Below, piece after piece: positions 23,001 to 35,318 of a DNA stretch of 64,000 nucleotides (its first letter is position 1; every line of letters begins with the position of its first letter). This DNA is from Microbotryum violaceum (taxonomy: Eukaryota). The stretch covers positions 1,054,001-1,118,000 of the forward strand of contig CDLV01000009.1 of assembly GCA_001244265.2 (NCBI GenBank), read 5' to 3'. Below the pieces are notes generated by a model. That model was not told where the DNA came from, made no database searches, and saw only the letters and a program-made list of their open reading frames with translations. Both the position numbers and the translations under genes were made by a program.

Positions 23001-25470
23001 ATTCCCTCGTCCACTGGCACCGCTGTCGGTCGTCGAAGAACCTCCCGAGTTGCGATGCGGTGTCGGAACCGAGCCGTATCGGTCCCTGTCGACGAGATCC
23101 AGCCCGCTCGATGACGCACGTCGGTGAGCCAGCTGCGCAGGGTCCGGCGCCGACGGATCATGCGACATCATGTGAACTGCAGAAGGTGGAGCCGCGTCAC
23201 TGGCGCCTCGTTGTCGAGTTCCGGCGGCCTGGAGCGTCTGCCCTGGTTGCAGGTCCAATCGCCGAGTAAGGTCGAGGAGATTCGATGCCGGGGAGGTCGG
23301 GTTTGCACTCGTATTCGAGGGTCGGTCCATGCGACGGGTAGGGGCAGGCCAGACTTGACCAATGGGTGGGATGGAGGAAGAGGTCGTGTAAGGCCCACGA
23401 GGAGGAAGTGGTGGTGGTGGCATGCTGTTGGTGTAACTCCCCAGGCCAGATCGGTAGTACGAGGCAGCCGGAGTAGGCGTCGAGTTTTGCGCCATGATGC
23501 GCGGGTTGAAGGGCATCGGCGACTGTGCAGGGACCGGTTGAGAGCTGCTCGAGCGATACGGTTGAGACGTGAGTATTGGCGGCGCTGGGGGCACTGGAGC
23601 AGGAGACCGCATCGAGCCATACGTCCCGGGATACCCCGGTGGTGCCGACGAGTTGAACTGCCCGCGCAAGTTATCTACGCTCTTGCTCATCATCTGGCGC
23701 TGATTAGGAGACAACAGCGTCGAAGAAGACTGCGAAGACTGCGGTGTCGGCCTCGTGGGGTGCGCTGGTGGGGGTGGGTTCGATTGTTGCAGCGCGAGGT
23801 TGTGGAACACTGGTGCCGAGGGCGGCGCTCGCCCCGCCTTGACGTACGGCTGGTACTGGGGCAGCACGGCCCTCGCATCAGCGGGGTGCATCGGATGCAA
23901 AGGCGGCGGTGGGTGAGAGGACTGCTGAAATTGATAAGCCCGTGCGCTCCCACCGCCCGTGTTGGTGTTGGTCCGGGACCAGGACGACAACGTTTCGGAT
24001 GGCGCATTCGGCGCCCCTCCGGCGGGTGACAGAACTTGAGGAACTGGGTTCCGGCTCGAGGGGGCATTGTGGTTCCCGCTACCTCCACCACCGCCGCCAA
24101 ATGTTTCGAATCTAGAGCCAGAGCTCCCCAAAGGCGGCGAATGAGCCCAGGCGGAGGAAGAAGAGTTGTTGGCGCGCCCAAACTCGTCCGGGGTCGGCGT
24201 GGCATCACCACTTCGATCGTGTCGGGGGTCCAGTGGCGCGTTGTGGGCGTGGGAGACCGTGTCGAGTTGATTGCCACTACTCGAAGACCGCTGGTGGCCA
24301 GACCGCTGCGAAGGTCCCCACGTCCAACTCGGTCGGTCGCTGCGAAGGCTCGTCGAGCCCTGGGCGTGATCGGCCTCGTTCTGGCCCCCTCGAGGCGAGT
24401 GTTCCCGGGCGGGTGAAACGTGTGGCGGTCGTGTCACCACAGGTGAGCTAGCTCGTCCTGGAGGGTGCCCCGAATGGGAGTTTTCGCGGCCTCCTTTCGA
24501 TCGCGTCGCCTGGTTCAGTCGCTCCGCCGACATACCAACAGGAATCTCGTCATCATCATCGCCTCGACGATCGGGCACATACTCTCGCAAGTAGATAGCC
24601 CGTCCCTTTCCTCTCCCACTCGACCACAAGTCCCAAATCTCGTCCGTCGATATCGGTCTCCCCGCATCGCCATCGACGGTCGTCAAACGTACCTCGTATC
24701 GACTCGCGTCACTGTCGGCGATCTCGAGTCGTGAAAAGATGGTCTCGCGGATGGCCTCGCCCGAGGTGCACTTGTCGAGATTGACACGCTTAAGGTCCTC
24801 ATCGAGATCCTTGGTCGCCCACAAACTCGTACCGGGCGGTAACGTCGGGGAGTTAAACGTCCGTGAGCTCGGCGATTGCGGTGAGTTCGAGTTGGCTCGG
24901 GTGCGACCGAGGGCATCGCCGGACCATCCCGAGTGTTGGTGAGGATACTGTAGTGGGGGAAGTCGGGGCGATCTTGCGCTGGCGGATGAAGAGCCTTGGC
25001 CATGCTGCGGCGGGTACATGTTGTTGCCAGACGGCGGACCATAGGGCTGCGAGCGAGTCAAGTGGGCGGTTAAGTCAACGCTTTGTTTCGTTTCAGGTGG
25101 GGGAGGGGGGGGGGGCTGTGCGAACCCCGCCCCTTGCCGGGAATTGGCGCGTATGACTCACGCTATGCAGCATCGAGTCGTCCCTTCTATACCTCGGATC
25201 AGCCGAAGCCGAGGGCCGTCTCGTCCCATCGTTCGACGAAAGTTGCTGCGGTATCCTCGACGACGAGCTCGAGCTCGAACTCGACGACCCCGAGATGGGC
25301 GACATCAACCCCGAATGAGCACGCGACGACGGTGAGGGTTGTGAATAGTCATTACGCGGTTGGGTCGAGCTCAACTGGTTGTTGCCCGTATAAGTTGTAG
25401 CTGAAGGTCGTGAGCCTCCGCCTCCGCCGCCGCCGCCTCCCCCTGCGCGTCGTCGATCGTCCTGCTGCAT
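20025..25470 (-). CDS. BCK1: MAP kinase kinase kinase, Bck1/Mkh1-like (cell-wall integrity pathway)
   Basis: C-terminal kinase KWIKGDLIGRGSYGHVY, AVKQVELP, FLEYVPGGSIG, HRDMKADN, KISDFGTSKK, MQGSLFWMAPEV, GYSAKADIWS. Pre-kinase motifs WAVRPAVETVLENLDVYFPNVDLDKP and LLRRKSTKLFG are typical of Bck1. Very long low-complexity N-terminus with no SAM domain recognised. Confidence 0.88.
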
Positions 25471-26771
25471 CACCCTCGAAGCCTACGACCCCTTTGATCG
25501 ACAAAAACAGCGATCGTAATATCTGTCTGCGCGTCAAGGTGTTATGTAGAGCGGTATCAGCATCCGTCGGGCAACAAGGAAGGCGGATTCGGAATCCAGA
25601 GAGTGTAGAGCGAGGTGCTTGGGGTCGGCTTGATCTCGTGGAACTCTCCCGTTGCCAATACAGGTAGCATTGATGGAATTGAAAGAAGTTATGTTCTCTT
25701 TCGTTTCCAAAACGATGTACCCGAGAGGCAGTTGCTCCCCCTGGGTAGGCTCCTCCACGGCTGTCCACAGAGACCGACGACGGACGTAACACCTCCCCAC
25801 GCAGCTCCCACATCACCCCGGGTCCCTGTCTCGCGACGGTCTGCTGCGAGGGTCTGAGCGATGAGCACTCACCGCGAAAACACACAGTCTTAGCTCTTCT
25901 TGCAGAAGCAGCGGGTGAGGTAGAGCCCGAGAGCTGATGCGAGGGAAATAGGTGACAGTCGGGCGACGAACGCTGGGCTCGTCGATCGCTGCTGCTGGCT
26001 GCTGGTCGTGGCGACCGACTGGTGAATGCCGCGGTCCCTGGCGCAGGCGGCTCGTGGTGCCAAATCGCGGCGGGCGGCGGGCCGTTGGGAGCGGTTGAGG
26101 AGTCGACAAGGTGCAAAAGGACCCGGAATTTTTAAAGGGAGAAGCAAGAGCACACGTCCGACCGAAAACCGAGCTTCGAGCACAACCAGGTAACGCGGAC
26201 CGAATGAGAAGGCGATGGGGAACAGTCGGCGGGTGGGGTGAAACAATCCCGGCGGCGAATAGCGCGAGCCAGCGCGAAAGAGCGCGAATCCAGCGCGGTT
26301 TGGCTGGCGAGCGAGCCCGGTCGCTGCAGCTGGCAGGCCGGCAGGCGTTGGTGCTGGATGCCGTCGCGTCAATGAGGCGCCGGCGCACAGCCCGAACCCT
26401 GAAGCCCTCCGACCCCTCGGACTCAGTAGCTCGGGCCGTCTCGGACCCTGATGCACGGGCACCGGAAATCATCATTTCTCCAGTCACACTCCCGAAATCA
26501 AAAAATGGGATGCTCGAGCACAATCACTTCACAAGCAAAATTTGTTATCTCTCTCTGCGGAAAGTTATTAGGTGAGCATCACCCTGATAAAAGTCGCGCT
26601 TATCGGCATCGGCATTGCATGATGCCGGGACAAGCCTCGGTAGAACCGATGAGGCAGCGAAAACGTGCAAGGTTCATCACCGCCCGCCGAGAGGGGTCGC
26701 TTTGAGGCAGTGCGCGCGTTACTTACGCCCGACCACATCTGCACGCACACATAACCGCTCTACTCGCTCGT

Positions 26772-28815
26772 CACTCTGGGCTCACTTAAGGTCGGCTTTT
26801 GGGCCCACGTCGGAGGCGACTCTGGTCCCACATCGGAGGCGACTTTGGGATCACATCGGTGCGGACTTTGAGATCACATCCGAGGTCATGCTTGTAGCAC
26901 GTTCATAGGGGACTTTGGTACCACATATAGTGTAGACGCCTGTATCTCTTGCAATGTGTGATGTATCACTCTGGGAACAGTAGTTTGATGCATGTACAGG
27001 TCTATAGTACTTCTGGCCGGTGAGAAAAGGCGGACAATGCAGTAGTAGTTGCTACATCGGGCTCTTCCCTGGCCTACTTGCCCGCTCCGGCGCCCGGCCG
27101 TGGTGTCAGCGATCCCGGGACCTAATCCGGACGACTGTCGGACTGCCAACGTCTGGCAGTGACGAGGCAGCAAGCGTTGCATGCAACAGTCATCGTAGGG
27201 TGGAGCAAACCTTTTTTCCCTATGCCTTTTGAAGCTTCGTACGTTCCTCGTCTTTACATCCCACTCGCCCACTCGTACACATACAATCCTCACACAAAGC
27301 GCTCCTTTCCTTCCTTGTTGAGCGGATAGTTCGTCCATTTCGAGCACAACAACGCCTGGATGGGGTACCTTCTAGACGACGCCAAGTACGTTCATGTCAA
27401 CAACTTAAGCGATGAACCAACTGCAAGTCAAATACAAAGGGGACCGCTCACCCATTGCGCTGCGACAACAAAGCTCGCCAGAGCCATACCTAGCGGATGG
27501 TGAATCGGATTCATATGAGGATGAGGATGATTCGAAACTCTCGGCAGCTTTGGTCGCGGTTCCTCCCAAGTGCTCGATGTCTCGCACCTCCTCCGAGTCA
27601 GCCTCGGGGCTTTCGAACTCTCGCAAGAACTGTTCCAGCGACTCCGAAGAGGATTCGACAAGCGATTCATACTACGGAGTCGAAGAAAACAGTTCAGAGG
27701 AGGTATTACCTGACAACCGACGTCGTCTCCGCACCACTCCTGGCTCGGAAAGACAAGAAGATTTGGACCGGCATACCTGCGAGCTCTCTCGGCGGAACGC
27801 AGACTGACGAACTGTCGAACACGACGCGCGGAGGAATTTTTCTCAAACATCATCTTCACGGCTGCAGAGCACAACGAGCTCCATCTCAGGCCGCTCGTTC
27901 CGCGCAAGCAGAAATCTGGTACGCAACCTCCTTGTCCTGGAGCTCCCAAAATTCATAGCTACAGAGGTGTGTCGAAGCTGCGTGCTGCGCGGCGATTTGT
28001 TTCGTTTTGTGATCGACTTGACTCTTATTCGTGAGATATATCAACAGACGCATGACTGGGCTCTACGCAAATATGAATGCTGTCTCGCTGTCGTCGAGCG
28101 ACCTTACGGTAACGCGCCCTCGTCTGCTCATCATCAACATCCGTCGGACGTGGCAGTGGGGATCTGATGACGTCCAGAACTGCCCATCGCTCTTCTAGAA
28201 GCTTGGAGTCAACCCGCGAAGGTCGACCTGTTGTGGAGGTTCTGCAAATGGCCGTCGTTGCTCGAGGGCCTGCAAAAGAGATCGGGGAACATCATTCAAC
28301 TGCAATGATCATACAAGCAAAAGTCCTCCGATGTCGAAGCGTGACTTAGTAGAATCTGTATCTTCGTTCGATCTCTATGAACTGTTCTTCATGGATGAGA
28401 GAAGCGAGGGACCGGTGCCATTTCTGATCTAATCCGAGTCGGCGCAATCACGTTCGGGAGCGTCGGCCTTGGCGGCTCGGGCGCGGAGAGGCCAAGCGGG
28501 GCAGAACATCAATGTAGTAGCTACTGCTTCGTCCGCCTCGTCTCACCGGCCAGAAGTACTATAGACCTATACATGCATCAATCTACTATTCCCAGAGTGA
28601 TACATCACACATTGCAAGATATACAGGCGTCTATACTATGTGGTACCAAAGTCCCCATGAACGTGGTACAAGAATGACCTCGGATGTGATCCCAAAGTCC
28701 GCATCGATGTGATCCCAAAGTCCGTTCCGATGTGATCCCAAAGTCGCCTCCGATGTGGGACCAGAGTCGCCTCCGATGTGGGACCAGAGTTGCCATCCTC
28801 GGGACCAAAGTGCCC
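26772..28815. mobile_element. Non-autonomous DNA element with ~290-bp terminal inverted repeats containing 23-bp tandem subrepeats (foldback/MULE-like)
   Basis: 26772-27060 is reverse-complementary to ~28511-28812. Unit GACT(C/T)TGG(TCC/GAT)CACATCGGAGGC occurs about 5 times on the left and 6 on the right. Interior has only a broken Ser/Asp-rich ORF. No TSD identified. Confidence 0.82.
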
Positions 28816-29356
28816 TGCTATTCGCGCGATTAACCTAATTCCGTTTCCATTCAGACAGGGGCGCCTCCAGTTCGGAGAACCCTTTTTCGCCGACGATAGC
28901 AGTGTTCGGCTTGGGAGCTCTCCTTTTTCTCTTCGACGACCGCACCAGCTTGTGCTTGCGAGGAATGGGGGAGAATGGACAGCTTACGGGAAAAGATGAC
29001 TCGGTCCTTGCACATGCCATGGTCAGAGACAGTCGATCGCGTAAGTACGGTCATCGGAAACGGAGGCGTTCGGGGTTGGTCGCGTCAACACGTCACGGTG
29101 CCGAACACGTGCTTCGCGCCGCCGCCCACCGCGTATCGCGCTCCTCCCGAGCAGTTCTCCCCCTCCTAAGACCCCCGCACTCGGTGACTTCTTGACTTTT
29201 AATTCACCGCAAATCTTACTCGACGAGGAAAGAGACTCGAGAGGACCATTTTTTCATCTGTTCGGCCGTTCCGGCGACCAGCTCCGCAAGTCACTTGGCC
29301 CAATTTTGACAAGCTAAGGGCACCCTACAACGCCGCCTAAACGCATACCGACCGAC

Positions 29357-30788
29357 ATGCCGTCCTTCACCTCCCGTCTCCCCACCAACCCCAACCCCTC
29401 CTCCCTTCCCAAATACTACGGTGACGCCTCCACGCTCCTCTCCTTGGACAAGTACAACCGACGTCATGCGTTCCGCCCTTCCTGGATCTCGGACGACGAA
29501 CCCGATCATACGGTTTCGTATGCGTGTGTAGGAGCGGAGAAGGAGGACGAGTTGGAAACGGTTGTATGGATCAATGGTTTGGGTGGGAATCGGTTTGCTG
29601 CTGGTCAGTTGTTCGTGACCTTGATGAGCGATCGACTCGTCGGCAACCTACCTTCCCCACTTCTCCACCGCGTACACGTACGAACGTACTGCGCACTCCA
29701 ACGTACTGACGCCGTCCTCGACCACCTCCGCAGCTTTTTTAGACGGCCTCTTCACAATGTATCGCCTCCGTTTGATCCACATCGACCGACCAGGAGCAGG
29801 ACACTCGACCCCCGTCCCCCTCTCTCACCGCGTCGAATGGTCAACCGAAGCCCTCCTCTCCATCCTCTCACACGAAGGAACAACCCCCCACCTCTCCTTG
29901 ATCTCCCATTCCAACGGCCTCATATACACCCTCCATTTGCTGTCCCACCTTCCTCGAACGTACACGCTCCGACATTGGTTTATAAGTTCCCCCTTTGTGA
30001 TACCCTTTTTGTCCGGGAGCTGGTCCTTAGGTCTAGCGAGTTATCTCCCTGCCCCCGTGACAGGGAGTTTGGGGACGTTAGCTTTGACGTTTAGTACGAG
30101 TTTGGGGTGGTATCATTCTGCGAGGGGGGTCTCGAGCGGTGGATTGGGGGGTCTGTCAAAATGGTGGGGTGGGGTACCGTTGACCTCGACGACCGTCGCC
30201 GCGGAAGCTGAAGACCCTACACTATCCACCGAGGAAGAATCAACCCAAGTGACCAAAAAATCGAGACGACACTATGAGCTTTTCGTCAGGAAGCAAAACG
30301 ACCTCTACGCATCCGCTGACGACGCTCGGCAGAACGAACATCGTAAAACTTTCGAAGGGTATTTCTTTGGGCCCGATTTGTTCAACGAGGTGATGAAGAG
30401 GGCTGGGAAGGAGGGGTTGGGGTATATGGGCGATGAGGCTTTAATTTCTTTACGAAAGGGGGAGGAGGCGAGGTGGGGGTGGCCGAAGGAGGGGGAGGAG
30501 GGTCAGGATGGGAGTGTGTATTTGAGAGGGTTTAGGGAATGGAAGGAAGGGTGGAAGAAGGAGGGGAGAGCTTTACCGAGGATCAAAGTGGGGTACGGGA
30601 GCGAGGATGGGATGATTCCCAAGAGGGGAAGGGACCATCTCAAGTCTGTGTTGGTCGATCAGCTGGGTTTGGTCAAAAGAAAGGATTGGAGAGAGATCGG
30701 GGGGGCAGGACATGATGATACGCTCGGCGTGACGACGTTGACTGAGCCTTGGTGTCAGAGCGTTGTGGCTTCTGCAGAGGGGAATTAG
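29357..30788 (+). CDS. Alpha/beta-hydrolase fold protein (2 exons)
   Basis: VVWINGLGGNRF, LIHIDRPGAGHS, nucleophile elbow LISHSNG, acid in GYGSEDGMIP, His in GAGHDD. Confidence 0.8.
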
Positions 30789-30966
30789 AGCGGTGTCTAT
30801 TTATTGGAGTGTTGTAGAATTCTTTCGATTGGGTACGTTGTGAGTATACAGCGATGGACGCCTAGCATTGCATGTCCAGAGAGTGAGAGCAAAACTGAAG
30901 AGATGAGAGTAGACCCGAGAAGAGAGTAATAGGGTTCGAGCGAGCGTATCTTTGAGTTGTGTACGC

Positions 30967-31694
30967 TCAGATAACGACGATACTTGGTGGAGTGTATCGT
31001 TTGCTGTTGTAGACCGACTTGCCAACCTGTGCGATGGGGAACGAGTGGGGGGTCAGCGAATGAGTTCCGTTTAGGCCGCCCTAGGCCACGCTCCATCGCC
31101 ACGAGCTGAGTCAACCATCGACATCACAATGTATTCCATTGGTCTATGCTCAAAACTTACCTCCCAACCCGGCACGTCTTTCATGATCTCCTTCTCACGG
31201 GCCAAAGCGGCGTGTTCCCTTCGGTAGATGTCACGGTCGGCTTCGGCCAAAAGCAGGGGCACGAGGTGGATTCGTGACCAGACTTTTTCGCGTTGCAGTT
31301 CCCTGATTTGAGCGGGGGATGATCAGTTTCATTTATTGGAGATGGAGAATTCCTACTCGAGCTGTTTGCCACGACCTGCGCTGGAAGCTGATCACTGGTG
31401 CCCATCGCCTTCTAGCCGGGTCCCAACCCCAACCCCAGCCCGCCGCCCACTCACCTCTTCTCCAAGTTACCCAAGCCAACCCTCCAGAACCCAAAAGCAC
31501 AGATAGCGGTGACGGCACCAAAGATGAGCGCTCCCCCCGGTCCTTTGGTCGGCAGGTTGCGCTTGTACTTGATCGCTTCGAAGCCGCCGGCGGGGGGCAG
31601 GTCCCTTTGGAAGGGGAAGAAGAGGGCTCAGTTGTATAGTACGAGGTGGTGTGTCGATGGGATAACCGCTGGCTTACTGCTTGTAGGTGACCAT
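30967..31694 (-). CDS. NDUFA13: NADH:ubiquinone oxidoreductase subunit A13 (GRIM-19/B16.6)
   Basis: MVTYKQ|DLPPAGGFEAIKYKRNLPTKGPGG...NLEKR|ELQREKVWSRIHLVPLLLAEADRD...IMKDVPGWE|VGKSVYNSKRYTPPSIVVI*. Confidence 0.95.
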
Positions 31695-31767
31695 GATCTG
31701 CGGTGACTGGGTGTGGCGAGCGAGAGCGCAACGAGTTGAGTCTGGCCTTGACTCCGCCCGCGCCATC

Positions 31768-31806
31768 CTGCAAGACTCTGCAAGACTCTGCAAGACTCTG
31801 CAAGAC
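31768..31806. repeat. 10-bp tandem repeat (CTGCAAGACT) in the divergent NDUFA13/RBM42 intergenic region
   Basis: About 3.8 units read directly. Confidence 0.85.
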
Positions 31807-31948
31807 GGGCCAGGACGGGCCAAGGCGCGGCGACCCGGTCGGTGTGTCAGTTGGCCCCTCTGTCGCTTGCCATCCTCGCCATCCTCGCCGCGCAAGCAGG
31901 CGCACGCACGCACTCGCAACTCAATCACCCACACACTACTTCTCCATC

Positions 31949-33008
31949 ATGGCATACAACCCTTACGCGAATCCGTATGCCCAACCAGCCGCAGGGCCAT
32001 ACGCCGGTCCCTCAGCACACGCCTCAACGAGCACCACGCACAGCTCGCCGTCCTACCCAGCTGCCTACCCCTACGCCCCACAGGCCGTCCCAACAAACCC
32101 GGGCTACCCGTCCACCTCGATCCTCCCCATGGCCGCCGGTCCCATATTCCCCGGTTACGCCCACATGCCCCCACCCTTTCCCCAGACGATGGCCGCCGGT
32201 CCGCCACAACCGGGTGGTGCGTACGATCTCGATCTGGCCCAACAACAATCGGCTTACACCCCGGAGGGAGCCCAGAGGGCCGCCGCGCACGTCAAGGCCC
32301 ATCAGGAACGCAAGCAGAAACCCCAGGGACGCACGACCGTGTTGCGCAAAGGCGGGGGGGAGGTGTGGGAGGATGCGACTTTGATGGAATGGGATCCAAG
32401 TCAGTCGCGCTCTCTCGAACCCTAATTGGTGTAATTGGTGTAATTGGTGTCTCTCTCTTTCTCGAGTCGCTGCTCACTTCCCTGTTCGTGTTGCAGCCCA
32501 CTTCCGCCTCTTTGTCGGTGACTTGGACCCTTCGCTTTCCGAAGATCAATTCAGGGAAGCCTTCACCGGTAATGGCCGTTACAAGTCCTTCGTTAAGAGC
32601 AAGATCATCCGCGACAGAAAGACGAACAAGGGCAAAGGGTACGGCTTCGTTTCCTATTCCGATCCGGAAGACTTTCTCAAGGCTTGGAAGGAATTGAACG
32701 GTCAGTCGACCGACGACGAGTCCGTCCCTGTCCAGATGACGAACTGACTTGTATACCGAACCGAACCGAACCTAACAGGCAAGTACGTCGGCACCCGACC
32801 GGTCAAGATCTCCAAAGCCACCACCGGGGTATCTGCCGTCAACATCGGAGCCAAGAAAGCCGCCGTGCTCGACTCGAAAAAGGTGCGAAAATCTGGAACG
32901 GTTCCTTATGAAAAGGCCAAGGCCAAGGAGGCCGAGGGAGGACATATGAATAAGAACTCGAATGGGTTCGGACCGCAGAGGGTTGGCAAGAGTTATATTC
33001 GACGATGA
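31949..33008 (+). CDS. RRM RNA-binding protein, RBM42-like
   Basis: TTVLRKGGGEVWEDATLMEWDP|HFRLFVGDL, KSKIIRDRKTNKGKGYGFVSYSDPEDFLKAWKELNG|KYVGTRPVKI: the RBM42 signature before an RRM. Confidence 0.9.
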
Positions 33009-33269
33009 GGGGGAAACCCAGGTTTCAGTATGTTGAAGGTATTTGCTGCCCTCACGTTTCGGTGGAAGTGCGTTACTCGCTGTGCATAGGCAATAAAATA
33101 GGCTGATTTATGAAACGTTCATGAATCTATCCATTAGGATGGCGGTGTCACCCGATGGGCTCGGCCATCGACTCCAGCAAAGTCAGGTGTATATGCAAAA
33201 CGATGAGCACCTGCGTATAATATAAAAAAGATGCTAGTGCAACTATATCCCAAATATGATAGCAGAAAC

Positions 33270-35318
33270 CTACTCCGTTCCGACCCTCCTCTTGACTCGA
33301 ACCTTGACATCCCCTACGAAGTGGAAGATGCCCATCCCAGCTGTGCGACAACAACAAATGGACATGGAACGGTCAACTCTTCATCTCAACGAACTTGAAA
33401 CATTCCCTCGAAGAATCGACTCACGTCTACCCGGTGCCGGTAGCGGTGCGATACCCGTACTGCCATCGATAAACCTCAACGTCTTCGTCGGGGTCGAAGT
33501 TTCTTTCGGTAGTACGGTGATTTCGAAGCGGGATAACGTCTCGGTCACCATGGCTTTGAGTTCGGAATAGGCGAGATGGCGCCCTTCGCACTGCGTGTGG
33601 TCGACACCGGTGGAAGAAAGAGATCAGCTCACCTTTCCAGAGGGGAACAGAAGCGATTTCGAGCTCCGGAGTGGACGTACGATCGAGACACCCCCGCCAA
33701 AAGCCCTGACCTCCCTCGTCCTCTTACTTCTCGTACCCGCCGCTTCTCCCTCCCTATCTATGAACCTCTCCCCGTCCCACAATTTGGCATCCTCCCATAC
33801 TTGCTCATCGAGATGAGCGATTCGCGTTACGGCCGCCATACGAGAACCTTGTGGGATCCAATAATCACTGCTAGCCGGTGGAGCTTTGTCCTCCTCGGTG
33901 AGCTCGCAGTCGTCTTCCCGTTCGATGCGAAGTAAGAATCCCTTCTGGACATGCCTCAGACTCGACATCGAAGACGCTAAACGAAGAGTCTCGTGAATTG
34001 CCGAAGAGAGGATCGGAAGAGCCGTCGACGGCGCCAGATCGGCTTGGGTCGGTGCAGCGCCGCCGAGGGAAGAGATGAATTGGTCGATCTCTTGGAGTAT
34101 CTTGGGGTATAAAGGGGATTGGATGACGTAGAGGATGTTCCACACGGCGGCAAAGGGGCCGTTGGCTTGGAGTGCCCTGCGCACACGATCTTCCGACGTC
34201 AAATCAATTCCAACCATCTCAGAAGAAATCGGTCCAAGGTGAAAATGACGTACCACAATGTCCCATTCAACGTCGTCCCAATTTCAAAATCCGTCAACCC
34301 ATTCTCCTTTGAACTATCGACGGTATCCTTGACTAGCCCCTTCTCCTGCGACCCAGGTGCTCCATCTCTCACCCACGCCCCAAAAAACTTCCTCGATCGA
34401 TCCCTTCCTTTCACTCCCTTCCGAACGAAGGGCACCATCTTGAGCACCGATAGAGGCATGACTTCACCCGCGATGGGGGGGAAAGCGCGATCGAATTCAT
34501 CAAAGAGCTTGCGCAACTCTTCGAGTGAGGAGATGCCATATTTGGGCGAGGTGTCGAAGTCGAGCAACTGAGGTCCAAAAACGGCCGCGAGCCCAGCGTC
34601 AAACATCGTATCCCTGATCCAAGTGACTAAACCCATCTCGACGCCTTCAGACGACTCGGTGTCCGCATCAAGCCGTTGTGCAAGCTGTTCGAGCTTGTCA
34701 CGTAAGTAAGACACGAAGGTATCGATCGGTTCTTCGAGTCGAGTCTTGTTTAGACCTCGACCATGGGCGGGGAAGAGAACGCCGTGCCATAGGGCGACGT
34801 CGCGGAAGATGGGGGTCGAGCCTCCGAAGGCGGAGCGGAGCATGGTCATTCGGATCGGACCCTGTCAGGAGCTTGCTAGCGCGTTAGCTCGATCTGCCAT
34901 CTCCTAATTTAAGGAGGCCCGAGACACGGGGAGGGAAGGACAAGTCCTGCTGTACTGACAAAGTCCAGGGTCGAGGTCGATGTTTCGTACACTTTGGAGA
35001 CGGTCGCAGGATCGAGGACAAAGTATTGCTTCAGCGGCCAGGGGAGGTAGACGATCGGCCCGTAGATTCGCCTGAGGGAGACCAGAAACTCGTCCTCGTG
35101 CTTGACGAGCCTACAGCGCAGGGAAGCGCATGAGATCCGGGCACTGTTCGTGCTTGGTAGCCAGATCTGAGGAATTAAACTTACCGATACGTAGCCAAGA
35201 GGCCCCGCGCGAACCCGGGCATGTAACGAGGCCCATAAGTAGGTGGAGCCCCTCGACAGCCGCCGTAGAAGAGCCACAGGAACAGCGGCGCGAGCAGCGA
35301 TGGCAGATAGACGGCCAT
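33270..35318 (-). CDS. Cytochrome P450, CYP7/CYP8-like
   Basis: N-terminal anchor MAVYLPSLLAPLFLWLF; I-helix GTLW|ALQANGPFAAVW; ExxR in IHETLRL; WDGERF; heme motif FGGGVSI|CEGR; ends GMGIFHFVGDVKVRVKRRVGTE*. Confidence 0.9.

Noticed and set aside
23124-24029. Long antisense or alternative-frame ORFs (also 31687-32697, 51550-52428, 10909-11745)
   Set aside because: They overlap well-supported genes and are expected from high GC and low-complexity coding; no independent motifs.
20025-25470. Ste11 kinase marking a mating-type locus
   Set aside because: No SAM domain recognised and the motifs fit Bck1. No pheromone receptor, CAAX pheromone or homeodomain genes were seen in the window.
26772-26890. 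23-bp repeats as a CRISPR array
   Set aside because: Units are directly adjacent with no unique spacers, are mirrored at 28680-28812 as part of a TIR, and the DNA is eukaryotic with no cas genes.
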